A stretch of DNA of 64,000 nt. It comes from Azolla caroliniana. Its lineage: Eukaryota; Plantae; Polypodiophyta. The stretch covers positions 868,001 to 932,000 of the forward strand of contig JBHGNT010000009.1 in the NCBI GenBank assembly GCA_043228905.1, written 5' to 3'. Shown here one piece after another: positions 52,009 through 64,000 of this stretch; within the stretch, counting starts at the first letter, position 1; each line of letters starts with the position of its first letter. The notes under the pieces are model-generated. The model was given only the letters and a program-made list of their open reading frames with translations, was not told the origin of the DNA and made no database searches. The position numbers and the translations under genes are program-made.

Positions 52009-53125
52009 GATTTGGTGAACCCCCTGTGTTTGTAAAAGACATCCATTCATGTATCTGGTTCGAATTATATATGCATGACTGCCTATTGGGTGGAAAATGA
52101 GACTGGGGTTGGTTTGGTTGCTATGGAGAATCGTATAAAAAAGATTTGAGGAATTTTGCAAGATTATATTTTCTTGGCTATGGTGCATTTTTGTTTGTGC
52201 AAATTATGTAGCATTGCATCAAGTAGCTTCTTTCAGGCATTTTTCCGTTTGTCGCATCTTCCTCTTATTCCATGCGTGAACACGTCATGTGTAAACCTAA
52301 ATTTTTATCCATTGAACTCAAATTCTTGTTTACAACATAATGAACATGAGTGAATGCTTATAGAGGTATGGGTTTGCTATGGATTCGTAGTCTATTGTTA
52401 AGCAATATCTACTCGATGCCTATTCTATGATGTAAAGGAAAAAAAGTTTCTACCCATGTATTGGTTCATTAAATTTATTGATTTGTGTTGGGTTTTTCCT
52501 CAATGGATTTATTTCCTTTCTGTAATTTACAAAACTTTAGTCATCCTCTTTTGTTTTTAATACTAGACTGTCTGTGTTAATTTTATGTGCTGTCCATCCA
52601 ATGATGTCACAAAATCACAAGTATGTTATCCTTCTATGTTTTCAATGTCACTTTACCTAAGTTCTACATATAGTTAAATATGCTTTGGGAGGAATCTGTT
52701 GTTCCAAGTTTTTGCTACATTTTCCCTCTAGTGATAATGAATACTTGTGTAACATTTAGTTCATAATGCCTATATTAATAGCATATTATACAAAAATTAG
52801 ATTGCTATCATTAATTAATTTAGTCATTGATAAAAAGTATTTTCTCATTTGTCACTGTTTAATTAAGGGCAAATGAGCAAAATGCCCCTTAACTATATGC
52901 TTGCAAAATCCCCAATATGCCATGGTTTGAAGGAAGTATTGGTAATCAAAAGCAAGGTAATGAACATGCTTATTATGAAAGATATATGTAGGCATGCCAC
53001 ATTAGCATCTAATGCACACGACACAAGCATTGCCTAAATATGACTTGAGTAAGAAATTTTCATGGCATTTTCTATAAGGTCTTAAAATTGAATTACAGAA
53101 GGTATTATGGCATGGACATTGAAAC

Positions 53126-53161
53126 GGGAAATATCAAAATGCATAACTTTTGATATTTCCC
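53126..53161. repeat. Perfect 14-bp stem hairpin, probably from a non-autonomous DNA transposon
   Basis: GGGAAATATCAAAA-tgcataac-TTTTGATATTTCCC. Confidence 0.6.
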
Positions 53162-54596
53162 CTTTACTTGATGTATACTCAAAAGTTCAAAATTTAACAA
53201 GACATTACACATACATTTATAAATCAGCCAAAATGGGCATGTGTACAATTGTCACATAGAGTATACCCCACCAACTAATATCTTTCTCGGAAGCAATAAA
53301 AAATCTCAAGGTTCGCACATATGCAAGAAAATCTATAGTTGTCATAAATTTAAGACAATAGATAATGGCAATTTCTTCACATAATGAGTTGGAAAAATCT
53401 ACAAATTCATCAATGGTTTTGTACGTCAAAATCAAATCGGTGGGCTATAACATTGGTTGGACCCAATCTTCAATGCAAACGTTATCCAAAAACTTTAATT
53501 ATAAACTTAACACAAATTATTGGATTCAACTCAAGTAATTGCAATAAATTAAAGGGAAACTCTTGTGTTTACAATGATGTTCCTTGCATGTATGAGGAAC
53601 CAAATTATATAGTAATAAAAGCAATCGGTCTCTTACCATCATACCATGGATGAAATGATTTTCTATGAACCCATGTCCCCACTCTATCAAGCCACTCATA
53701 TTTTTTGAAGCCTAGATATTAAACTTAACCTTAATTTAGTTATACTTCAAGATCATTATCAATGGCGTAGTAGTTCATCCACATGGATGATAAGTATAAT
53801 TGATGTGAAACAATTGTTCATAAGAGGCCAACATAGTGTGGAGTGCATGTGTTTTATGTGCATTTCACAATACCCTATGACATATAGACAAAGTTGCGAA
53901 TCAAATTGTTTTTCTCTCTTTTTAGTGGCCATTGTTACAGGAATTTCTCTCTTTCTTTTTTCCTAGAGGGTGACTTTGGACAATTTGTTGGATTGAGATG
54001 TTGTCCAAAGATGAGCTAGAGTTTGTGTTCTGGTTTTAGAAATCGAGAATCGTAGGGCGCTAAGTTCCTTGACCCGGGGCTATTTCAAAGGTTCCATGTG
54101 AGCCTAGGGTGTGGATCCACACTAGAGTATGTTCCACATAACAACATTGTGTGGGGTACATGTACATATGTATGTGGACACACATAGTAGATATTGTTCT
54201 TTATTTTAGGTCAACCAGATGCAATGGAATTATTCCTTCATTAAATTGAAGCAAGTGGTTTGGGGGGGGGGGGGGTCCAAACAGCAATCGATAGTAGAGG
54301 AAAAGGAGTCCAAATCCAGGGATGGTTTTCATACAAATAACAGATTTAAGTGGGCGCTGATGGGTTAGTAATTGATGTAAAGGTTCCATTTTAGATCGAT
54401 GGGCATTCAATCCATCCTCTGGTATATATACATAAATGCTTCAATTTGTTAAATCCCGTGAACAATCAGAACAATCTATTCTATTCTCATCATCACAGAG
54501 ACTCAAACGATCTATATAAGCACAACCTCATCAATCCATCGGCACTATTAATCCTCAAAGATCCCTCATTCCCCACCTCCATTAATTCTCAGCAAC

Positions 54597-55668
54597 ATGT
54601 CTAGGAATAATTTCTTGAGACAAGGATTTGGTAGCTTCATGAGGGTCAAGTCGCCTCTGACAAGCCCACGTGAATCTTACAGTGGCAACATTAATTATAG
54701 GCTTGGAAACACCCCACGCCACGCTCACACTCAACCAAAGTAAGAAGAACTCATTAATTATAGGCTTGGAAACATGTGATTAAATGGGTGATTGTCGATG
54801 AATTAAAATGTGATTACTCAATCCAATTTTAAAACGTTATTCATTGTTGATGAATGGATGAAAATTAGCATGTGATTATTGGATAAAAGAAAACGGATAT
54901 TATTAATGGGCAACAAGCCAATGGATTAACATGTGATTAAGAACTGAATATTCAATGGATTAACATGTGATTAAGAAGTGAATAGTTAATGAATTAACAT
55001 GTGATTATTGGATAAAAGAAAAATGATGTTAACTTGAGTTTTATGGATAAAAGGAAAAGGATGTTATTAATGGGCAATGAGTTAATGAATTAACATGTGG
55101 TTAATGGGTGATAAATCGATGAATTATCAGGTCATGGGTTGATAAGATTTAAAAAATATGGCCGATGAATCAATGAATTAACATATTATTAATGGCAGAG
55201 TAGTTGATGAATTAAAACATGGGGTTTAATGCAAGGAGTATTAGTGGGTGAATTATGGAATGAACATGTGATTACTATAAATGGGTAAATTAGTGGGAGT
55301 GATCATGATGAGTTAACAAACAAACCAAAAAGGCCTAGTGAATGTTTATTAGTAGTTATTATGATCATAACCATTGTGCATCACTAATGTCGTATGTATG
55401 TATTTATATGGTGGGTGCCAATAGGTCAAGGTGGGTAAGTGTGGAGATGGTGCCACTATTTACAATGGTTGGGATCGCATTGGGCCTAGGGGTGGTGACC
55501 ATGTATAGGGAGACCATGCACTCCCCCACTGTCCTTGTGAGCAAGAAAGCTCGAGTCTCATTGCAAGAAATCGAAGACCCGATCAATGTTCATCACATGG
55601 GCCATAAGTTTGTCACGTCCTCCCCTCTCCGTAATGTTTCCCAAGTGGATCCATTTGGAAGAACCTAA
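54597..55668 (+). CDS. B12D / NDUFA4 (MLRQ)-like small mitochondrial membrane protein, 2 exons, 128 aa
   Basis: Exon 1 54597-54739 (MSRNNFLRQGFGSFMRVKSPL.., presequence-like; donor AA|GTAAGA, phase 2) joins exon 2 55425-55668 (acceptor aatag|, branch point CTAAT at 55384). Exon 2 gives RWVSVEMVPLFTMVGIALGLG..HSPTVLVSKKARVSLQEIEDP..KFVTSSPLR. TATA-like ctatataag at ~54512. Confidence 0.8.
54752..55320. repeat. Degenerate minisatellite filling the B12D intron
   Basis: Many imperfect copies of the core (ga/gg)attaacatgtgatta with variable spacers. Confidence 0.8.
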
Positions 55669-56269
55669 ATCATCCTTTTCTATAGGCTGGCCATCTCAAC
55701 AAGCCTATAATGTGTAGAGTTAAGAGGATCAAGCCTTATGTTGTACATCTATCAAATATCAAGGTTTTTTTAAAGTTTTTACACACAATAAACTTGTCCA
55801 CCCCTTTTTCTCAAAGCTTTAATGTACACACATTATTAAGGGTTTATTTTGAAGCACAAATACTTGGAATCAGATATATTTCACAAAGTCCATATTGACA
55901 TCAAGAAGTGGCATGCTACACCTATTCCGCTTCCCTCTTCCACACCTTGTTGTACAATTACTCTCTTTTGACTCATATATCTTAGTTTTGAAGAATTAGA
56001 CGTGCACTCAACCAAAAGGTTTATTGAATTCCAAAAATCTAAATATAATGAGGTTTTTTAAGCTTAGAAATAAACCGCTTGAATAATACCCACTAATTTG
56101 ATCCAACAAATTATTGCTAATCGAGTCGTGGTTAGTTAACTAGAACTCTTATTAGACATAAACATGTAAATATGATAGTGCAAATTATATTAAAGTTTGT
56201 TGGTCCCTAACAATAAAGTGCTAAGAGAGAAGGGGATGAATCGAAGATAACATTTTGAACATGGTGTAT

Positions 56270-57640
56270 TTGCATTGAATATAAAGTTATGTCCTTTGGG
56301 CCCACAAACGCTCTTATGGAGTGGTTAGGAATCAAGATTAGAGAAATTAAGGGAAGAGTTGTTGGGAGTAGTTAGAGATATTAGTGGACAAGTAGTTGAG
56401 GGGATGGTTATTTAAGTAGCTTGTGTGCACAAAGGAGTGAAGGCCACTTTCTGGAAATTAGGGGAATGCCCCCCCCCCCCCTTAATACTTTTTCTTTAAT
56501 ATCAAAATACTATTTTTCTTATTCTCTCGAACACCCCTCTTCACAATGAAATCCTTCTTCCTTTATTGTTTTTGTAATAAATGCAATAATACTATTCCAA
56601 CACCCAAACAACAATATCTTCCACATTCACTTCTTGTTATTGTCTATCTTGATGACATTCTTGTATGTTCCAAGCTTGTCATTCTAAAGCACATTCATCT
56701 TGTCCTAGCAAAACTCTTCAAACATGGCCTTGCGCAATAAGTGCGAGCTCAACCAAAATCCCAAAGATAGACAATGATGTCCAACACTTCCTTTTCTTTG
56801 CAAACCACCACCATTCTTACTGAAGGACTACACTACATTATCTTCACCACTTCTTTGTTCCTATGGACCATTGGAAAGCAACAACCAAATGATAAGCTAA
56901 AGACATCTTTCACTAATGTCCCAACACTCTATGCCTAGAACACAAATGGCCCTACCTTGTTTAAACTAATCCCTTTGACTTCACCCTTGAATGTATCCTT
57001 TTGCAACCTAAGTCCATCTACATCCTTCACCGTGTGATATTCTAGTTAAGGAAATTTTCCACAACGAAATAAACTACACAATCTATAACAACTAACTCTT
57101 AGCCATTACCATTGTGTTCAAAGAATAGTGTCTTTAGATCTCCTCGGTGCTTGACATAAAATAAATGTAATAATATACCATAGAAACCTCTAGTACACCA
57201 CAATTCATGTTGTTAGGTGACTTTGGCTTGAAAGTAGTTTATAGCCCTAGGTTGCAACAAAGGTTTATGTCCTCTTTCATTAAATTATACAAACACAAGC
57301 CTGAAGAGGATGATAAGGATAATATTGCACTCTTTACGCCACATGACCTCAAAATCTCTATTGTACTAGATGTTCTGGATTTAATCTACTCTAAGAGATA
57401 TTAGTAGTAACTCAAGATAACCCCTTCCACAAGAAATACTTCAACAACCCTTTGAACCACCCAATGGCTAACTCTACTGTCTACAAATGACATCAACTAG
57501 TATGAATTAAAAAACATTGACCCAAATACTTGCATATGTGTCAAGTGCGTCCCACGCATTTGAACGTTCTATATGAGTGCCATGATATGCCCATCAATAA
57601 AAACATTGGCATTTCAAAAACCATGGAACTAATCAATAAT
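56270..57640 (+). mobile_element. Heavily decayed Ty3/gypsy pol remnant, interrupted by an LTR-like insert (~56315-56545)
   Basis: EYKVMSFGPTNA (56277-56312), IVYLDDIL (~56640), EINYTIYNN*LLAI (RNaseH-like, ~57070) and VLYECHD (integrase zinc-finger region, ~57570) occur in gypsy order RT-RH-IN. Confidence 0.65.
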
Positions 57641-59659
57641 ATATGTGGTTTTGCCAAAAAAAGGAATGCCATCCATTTAGACTATGAGAACCTCGATTTG
57701 TCTTAAGACATACCTTGATCTTCAATAGCCTTTTAGTTAGTGACGGAAGAGATTCCATCCTTGTTACGATGAATTGCCCAACCAAGATGACCATTCCCCC
57801 TAGAACAAAATGATGACTTAATTGCGAGGGATTTTCCAAAACTAGTTATTAAAAGGAGTCATACAAATACAAGACTTTACTTACTGATCATTCAATGCTT
57901 TCTATTTTACATTGTATGGTTTATTGTGGATGAGGACCCATTGTGCCATGCACAAATTTTTACTTTTTTGTTGCAATTGCATCATGTTTGATTTTGAGGT
58001 TGAACCTTGTGATCCATATACAATTGATCAAAGCTATAACTTATTACAAGATCTTGAAGTATGTGATAGGGGCTCCACAAATCATGGAAGTAGATCTTTG
58101 TGTCTTAAATTGATCCAAAGAAACAAAAAGAATGCAATATATTCAATTGTTGAACAAAGCTATCATATGTGTGTATGGAGTTCAAAACACTACTCCAAAA
58201 ATCAAAACTAGTGTCAAATGCTCATTAGATGTTGTCTCCATCACAATTTGGCTAACAACATGAAATGATTTCACAAAAAAATAAAATAAATGAATAACAA
58301 ATAGATAACTGAACAACATTGTGAATAGGACAAATTGTTTACCATCAATAATTCAACTTATTTATAATAGTGAATGTATATGAATGGTTATGGATATTGC
58401 AAAAATATGTAACTCAAGTCTCACGCCATTCCATGTAGTGGAATTTCGAGAATATTTTCATTGAGCATGTTTTTTCAAATTATAAAAGTGCATGTATTGA
58501 TGTGACGAGGAACAATTGAAACTAGTGATAAAGTTTGATTTTGGTGCGTTGGAAAGGAAATCATTTTACAACTTACAACAATTCTTTATTGAATTGCTAA
58601 TTTGCATGGCATTTAAAAAAATTCTATTAACAATGATCATGATTCAAAACTTATGGTATGATGACTTTTTGCTCGAAAATCATTGAAAATACTTGCTAGA
58701 GCTAATCGTTATTTCAAAAGTTAAATTTTAGTATAGAGAGGTTGCGTGCAATACGATGATGACACTTCTATAATAGTGAGTGTCAAACTCAATAGTAATA
58801 TGGGTTTTTGAAAGATGAAGAAACTAAAGTCCCTACCTATTGTAATGCTCTAACCACACTGAATAATTACTAGGGAACCACAATTGTGATCATGAGCCTT
58901 AAATCTTCATGTTCAATTTGATATTGCAATCAATGTATACACCATAGTGGAAAAGTGCAAAATGTGGAGAATTTTTGTGTCATATTGCAATGGTTTCTTT
59001 GAAGTGGAAAACAACCATAGGTTGATATTGACATTCACCCTCATTTGTCTAACCAACAAACGTAGATAGTGGTGTGGTTCTGCACACTGAGCTTGGGGTG
59101 GTTCCCAAAGAATCTCTATTGAGTTAAGTGCTTGTGTCCATATTTAAGTTTTTTTTTTCCAAAAAAGGAACTACTTACCCATTAGTTAGGAGGGATTTTT
59201 ACAGAAAGACTATGCAAGGTGGCTTATATATAAATTGGGGAATCACCCCCCAGCCGAGTTCAAGAATATGAGACTACGTACATATCCTCTCATACTTTCT
59301 ACATGATGTAAGTAGATACCTAGAACTATAAACTAGTGACAATCATTGCGGCCAACACGAACCCATCTCTGGCCTTCAACATTGTTTTTTAGATTTTTGT
59401 TTGTAGGCTTAGGAGTGCAAGCTTGACACCCCCTTATACTCATCTCACCAACAATAGAGTAGACACTGTCAAATGATTTTGATTCTATCTTAACCAAGCG
59501 TAACTAAAGTGAAGTGTACTAAGGGTAAAAATTCTCCTTGTATTAACTAATTGCTGATTATATATATAGTTTATTTACGGCTAGGCTATTCGTAGTATAT
59601 TCATTGTTATTTTAATCTTCTCCCATTAATTTGTGTTTTTTTCCCCAATGCATTCTCTC

Positions 59660-59858
59660 TCGTAATTAGCTTACCCTAGTGGTAAGTTGTTAACACTACA
59701 AGCTCTGCGTCTTGGGTTTGAAACCCAATTTTCTCACTTCTCTCTCTCTCTCTCTCTCTCTTTATCCTCTTTTCGTAATTAGCTTACCCAAGTGGTAAGT
59801 TGTTAACACTACAAGCTTTGCGTCTTGGGTCCGAAACCCAATTTTCTCACTTCTCTCT
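59660..59858 (+). mobile_element. Two tandem tRNA-derived SINE-like heads, each ending in (TC)n
   Basis: 113-bp period. A-box-like TAGTGGTAAG in a CTTACC/GGTAAG hairpin; T-arm-like TTGGG-T(T/C)(T/C)GAAA-CCCAA with a perfect 5-bp stem. Confidence 0.55.
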
Positions 59859-59904
59859 ATTATATATGTACTTCATATATATCTCTTAATTCACTACATG
59901 CCAT

Positions 59905-59977
59905 TGTGGAATGTAGGGGTTGAACCCAAGACCACCTGGTCTCCATTGGGCAACCTTACAAACTGAGCTACATTCAT
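59905..59977 (-). other. tRNA-like (SINE-head or tRNA pseudogene) sequence directly downstream of the LINE (GA)n tail
   Basis: Minus strand GAATGTAGCTCAGTTTGTAAG...CTTGGGTTCAACCCCTACATTC: canonical TAGCTCAG A-box start, GGTTCAA B-box, complementary ends GAATGTAG / CTACATTC. The anticodon arm is degenerate. Confidence 0.55.
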
Positions 59978-59980
59978 CTG

Positions 59981-60020
<40 letters not shown>

Positions 60021-60024
<4 letters not shown>

Positions 60025-63000
60025 AAAACACACAATTATATTAATAAATGTGTGTAAAAAACACAACTTACAATGGGTGTGACCATGAAGTATGGTCACC
60101 CACTAACTACACTACACTACATGGGTAATGGAACATGTTGAATTGCCAATAGTCAAGACGAACATTCCACCGAGGAAAGGATTTCCACTTGCTCCAATAA
60201 AGAAAATTGCCACATTAGTACTCCCTTCAACTTTCGTAGATATGCTTTCACTCCATGTCTACCATCAAATACAAAAGCGTTGCGCATATTCCAATTATGA
60301 CACAATCCCCAATATCTCAAGAATAGAAAAACAATCTCCATCTCTGACTTTGGGTCCACCTGTGTAAATTGTGCAAACACCCATTGTCTAGGTGTCAAAT
60401 AACATCGTGATAAAACTTGCCAAATTTGAGAAATGTACCTCCAAATCTGAGAAGCAATCGGACCTTGTATAAATCGATGAGTATTATCTTCCATTTGAAT
60501 AGTGCAAAAAAAGCAATTACCCGTTGCTAGTCCACAACGCTTTAGAGCTAATCCCAAAGACAGTTCTCCAATCACTCCAAATGAAGACCTTTGTTACAAG
60601 TGGCAATTTAGAATGCCAACTACGTTGTAAGATTTGCCACCACCCATGATCAGATTTGTGTAATCTCCATTCTTCTTCAGCCTTAGATGGTAACCATCCA
60701 AGAGACTCAACAGAGCAATGATACAAAATATTAGTAGTCACTTGTAACAACGATGTTTGACCCTTTAAACACCAATCAATCCACGATTGTTCTCCTGTTT
60801 GTAGAGGTAAGGAACCTTGCATCAATGGAATATTTCGTAGTTGTTGCCAAATAAACCCATAATTAGGCGGAATGTGTAATAATTGTCGTGCTTCAACAAA
60901 CTCCAAAATTCTTTGAGATGGAGCCTCAACTATATCTCCCACCTCTTTGACCCCCAAACGAAACGAACGATTAAATTGAGAGCGTAATCTCTCCTTTCCT
61001 GGCCAACATAATAACCGAGAAGACACAAGTAACTCTTTTTGCAAAGAATTACAATGCTCTCTACTAGATGATGGTTTCCATACACATAACAAGAGTGCTT
61101 CTTGCCATGAGGTAACCAAGTGTTGAACACATGTAGAGCCCGGAATCCTAAGTGAAATACATCCATTTAGTAATTGTCACCATGAAGCCTTAATTGTTAT
61201 CCTCCCATGTGTTAAACCCTTGTTCTCAATGAAATATTGAACAATAGATATCCATGGTTGTGAGTTTAAACACATGTCTTGTAATAATGAAAATCTATGA
61301 GCCATCATATGTTTAGATAAGTTCAATACTCAAGCTCCCCCCAAGCGCTTAGGAGTTGCTAGATGATTCCATGCAACCCAAGTGATTCTCATCTTATCCC
61401 TTTTCTTCCACAACAAATATCGAAGAGGTTGCAAAATAGAATGCAAAGCCTTCTTTGTCCACGGCAACAATGGCAAGTAATATAATATCATAGGTTCTAT
61501 AATACATTGTACAACCTTCAAACGTACATGAAATGGCCAAGATTGTGATTTCCAATACATGAACTTATCCCTCAACTTACTAGACATCCATTCAATCAAT
61601 TGACCATTTGTAACATTCATTCCTAATGGATAGCCCAAGTCTCGAAAAATAGAGCCTTTCTTCACCACGGATCCTTGCCATCGTAAACATTCCAAATCCC
61701 TTTCAGTATATGATATGAGACTAGACTTCCTCCAATTAATATGTAATCTAGAAGCCAATGCAAATTGGTTCCATACAAGCATCCCCTTCTCAAGATTCTC
61801 TCGTGAGGCTTGTAGAAACATGAAAGAATCATCGGCCAAAGCTTGTGCAACTAGTTGCCCTCCAGATGGAAGGTGTAGACCCACAATATCACCATTTGTT
61901 GCAAGCCTTGATAGCATCACTAACAAGGGAGTAACAATAGCAAACAACAACGGGCTAATAGGGCATCCTTGACGAACGGATCTTGTAAGGGCAATATCTA
62001 ATGTAACTCCTCCATTAAGCATGACTCGAGACACTGCATCTTGTCCTAATAAAAATATGAGGCGAGACATACGAGGTCCAAAGCCCATTGTATGCATTAA
62101 CCCATAAACAAAGGACCAATTAACATGATCATAAGCTTTCTCCAAATCTAATTGCACCATAATTAATTCTTGATGAGTGTTTCGAGCATAATCCATGGCC
62201 ATTTGAACATTCAACACATTATGCAATATATTCCTACTTGCAATAAAACCATATTGGGCGAGATGTATCAACTTTGGCAAATACTTTTGTAATCTATTTG
62301 CCAACACCTTTGTAAATATCTTATACAACCCCCCCCCATCAAAGAAATAGGTCTCCATTGATGAAATGACTCTGGAGATGCCACCTTTGGAACTAATTTA
62401 ATTAGATCAACCTTCCAAGCTTGAGGCATACAACCAGAATCCCAAGAATGTTGAAACATCAAAGTCAAGGGCCCCTTTAAAATGTGTGAATATCGCTTAA
62501 AAACTTCATTTGTCAAGCCCCCATCAAGTCATCCCAACCAGGGCTCTTACCACTAGGAAGATGCCTTAAAACGGTGTCCACCTCATCCTCTGTGAAATCC
62601 GCATCCAATTCATGACTAGTGAGGTCATGCACAATACATCCAACCACATCATAAAACTCATGACGTGCTCTACTCACCTCATTTGTCATTAACAATCGCG
62701 GGCCAATCAACTCCTTAAAGTAATGAACACATATGTCAATTATTTTAGTAGGATCCACTATCCATCATCACCTTGCTTCATATGTACCACATTAGATCGA
62801 GTATAAGTAGGATCCAACGCTTGGAAAAACAAATGGGATTGACATTGATTATCTATGAGCCCATCCCTCAATTGTCACATCTTCGCATAACGATAACTTT
62901 GGCATTACAACTGAGAAATAATAGCATACAATTGACTTTGGATATCCAAAAGCTCCTCATCTAAAGGTGCATGTATCAATAATGTATTACACCTAGAGAG

Positions 63001-64000
63001 AACTTGTGAGAATTTTAGAAGAAGAGCTCTTCTTCGTTGAGCATTAATTACTCCATACATACGATGAACGATCTTAATATTTTGTAATGTGATATCTAAT
63101 GCTTTAACTCCTTTGAGATTCACTTCTTGTGAAAAATTTACCAAAATTTGTTGCATGAGAGAATCAAAGTGAGGTTGAAGCAAAAGAGAAGAGTTAAAGC
63201 GTAATGGAGGCTTTCCAAGTAAGGATTTATACATGTCAATTGCATGACCACAAATCTCCAAACAAATAGGAAAGTGATCTGAAGTTCCTATATCTTGTAA
63301 AACTGCCATATGAAGTGATGTCGGTAAAAAAGAATCATTGTGCATCACATACATTCTATCTAACCGACTCCATGTTTGTCTATGTTGAGCAGATTGGAAA
63401 GTAAAACCTGGATCATTCCCATGCAACCATGTCCAAACATCCAACTTCAAAACCTCCATAGCCAATGAATCCCAAGCAAGTTGCTCAGGATAATCCATGA
63501 TCGAATGTTCAAACGTAGATTGAGATGCATCAACACACATGTTAAAATCACCCATAAGTAATCCTGGATGGCCCACACATAGGGTTTGACGGAGTGAGCC
63601 CCATAATGCAATACGTTGAGTGGCTTGGTTAGGGGCATAAATCCCAACCACGTACACAACCTCGCCAAAAAAACGGATTTCTAGAACCAAAAACCGACCA
63701 TAAGGATCATTATGCACCACTTGAGGAAAATACTTATCCCGCACGATTAATACCACACCTGAATAATGATTATTAAGATGTCTTGCATAGAATGATGAAT
63801 ATCCACGCAAATGAAGTGTGGATCCTGCTAACTCATGACACTTATGCTCAACTACACATAATATATCCCATTCTTTACTTAATAAAGTTTGCCATAATAT
63901 ATACTTCTTATGAGGAGAACATGCCCCTCTCACATTCCATGTTACCACTTTCATTCAGTCAACAATGTTATGGGTGCACTTGCTCCTTTAGAGCAACCGA
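60021..64000 (-). mobile_element. L1/Tx1-like LINE, near full-length ORF2 (APE endonuclease, RT, zf-RVT), frameshifted; continues past the window end
   Basis: Endonuclease ORF 63954-62905 (TWNVRG, GIYAPN, MGDFN, SRLDR, SDHFPI); linker KSPGWDD, WRPISL; RT ORF 62358-61330 (QYGFIASR, LDLEKAYDHVNW, RQGCPISP, LADD); zf-RVT 60575-60153 (CFFC..HRF). The 3' end abuts (TC)18 at 59985-60020. Confidence 0.95.

Noticed and set aside
59905-59977. Functional tRNA gene
   Set aside because: The anticodon and acceptor stems are defective; treated as a tRNA-derived repeat instead.

Overview
Eukaryotic, intron-rich plant genomic DNA, most likely a fern (inferred from protein divergence and retroelement types; not verified). 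No prokaryotic features, CRISPR arrays or rRNA genes were seen. By hand-splicing with phase checks I recover six intact-looking genes: SKP1-like ASK20/21 (+), plastid elongation factor P (-), a PAM2 + 2xRRM CID-type PABP-interacting protein (+), a TITAN9/Csm1-like protein (-), Hikeshi/OPI10 (+) and a B12D/NDUFA4-like small protein (+). There is also one unidentified, truncated pseudogene. Between the genes lie three stacked Ty1/copia 5' ends (13.4-19.9 kb), a complete but decayed copia (45.2-50.1 kb), several LINE pieces including a near full-length ORF2 (60-64 kb), gypsy/LTR debris and many short tandem duplications. The most interesting signals are: (1) an intron in the CID gene that is itself a decayed copy of the protein's N-terminal repeat, with three in-frame donor sites; (2) a LINE family abutting (TC)n microsatellites at two loci, each with tRNA-like SINE heads alongside; (3) an EF-P start codon embedded in an (ATG)6(ACG)n microsatellite, plus an apparently required GC-AG intron. 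Family assignments come from remembered motifs, not database searches.
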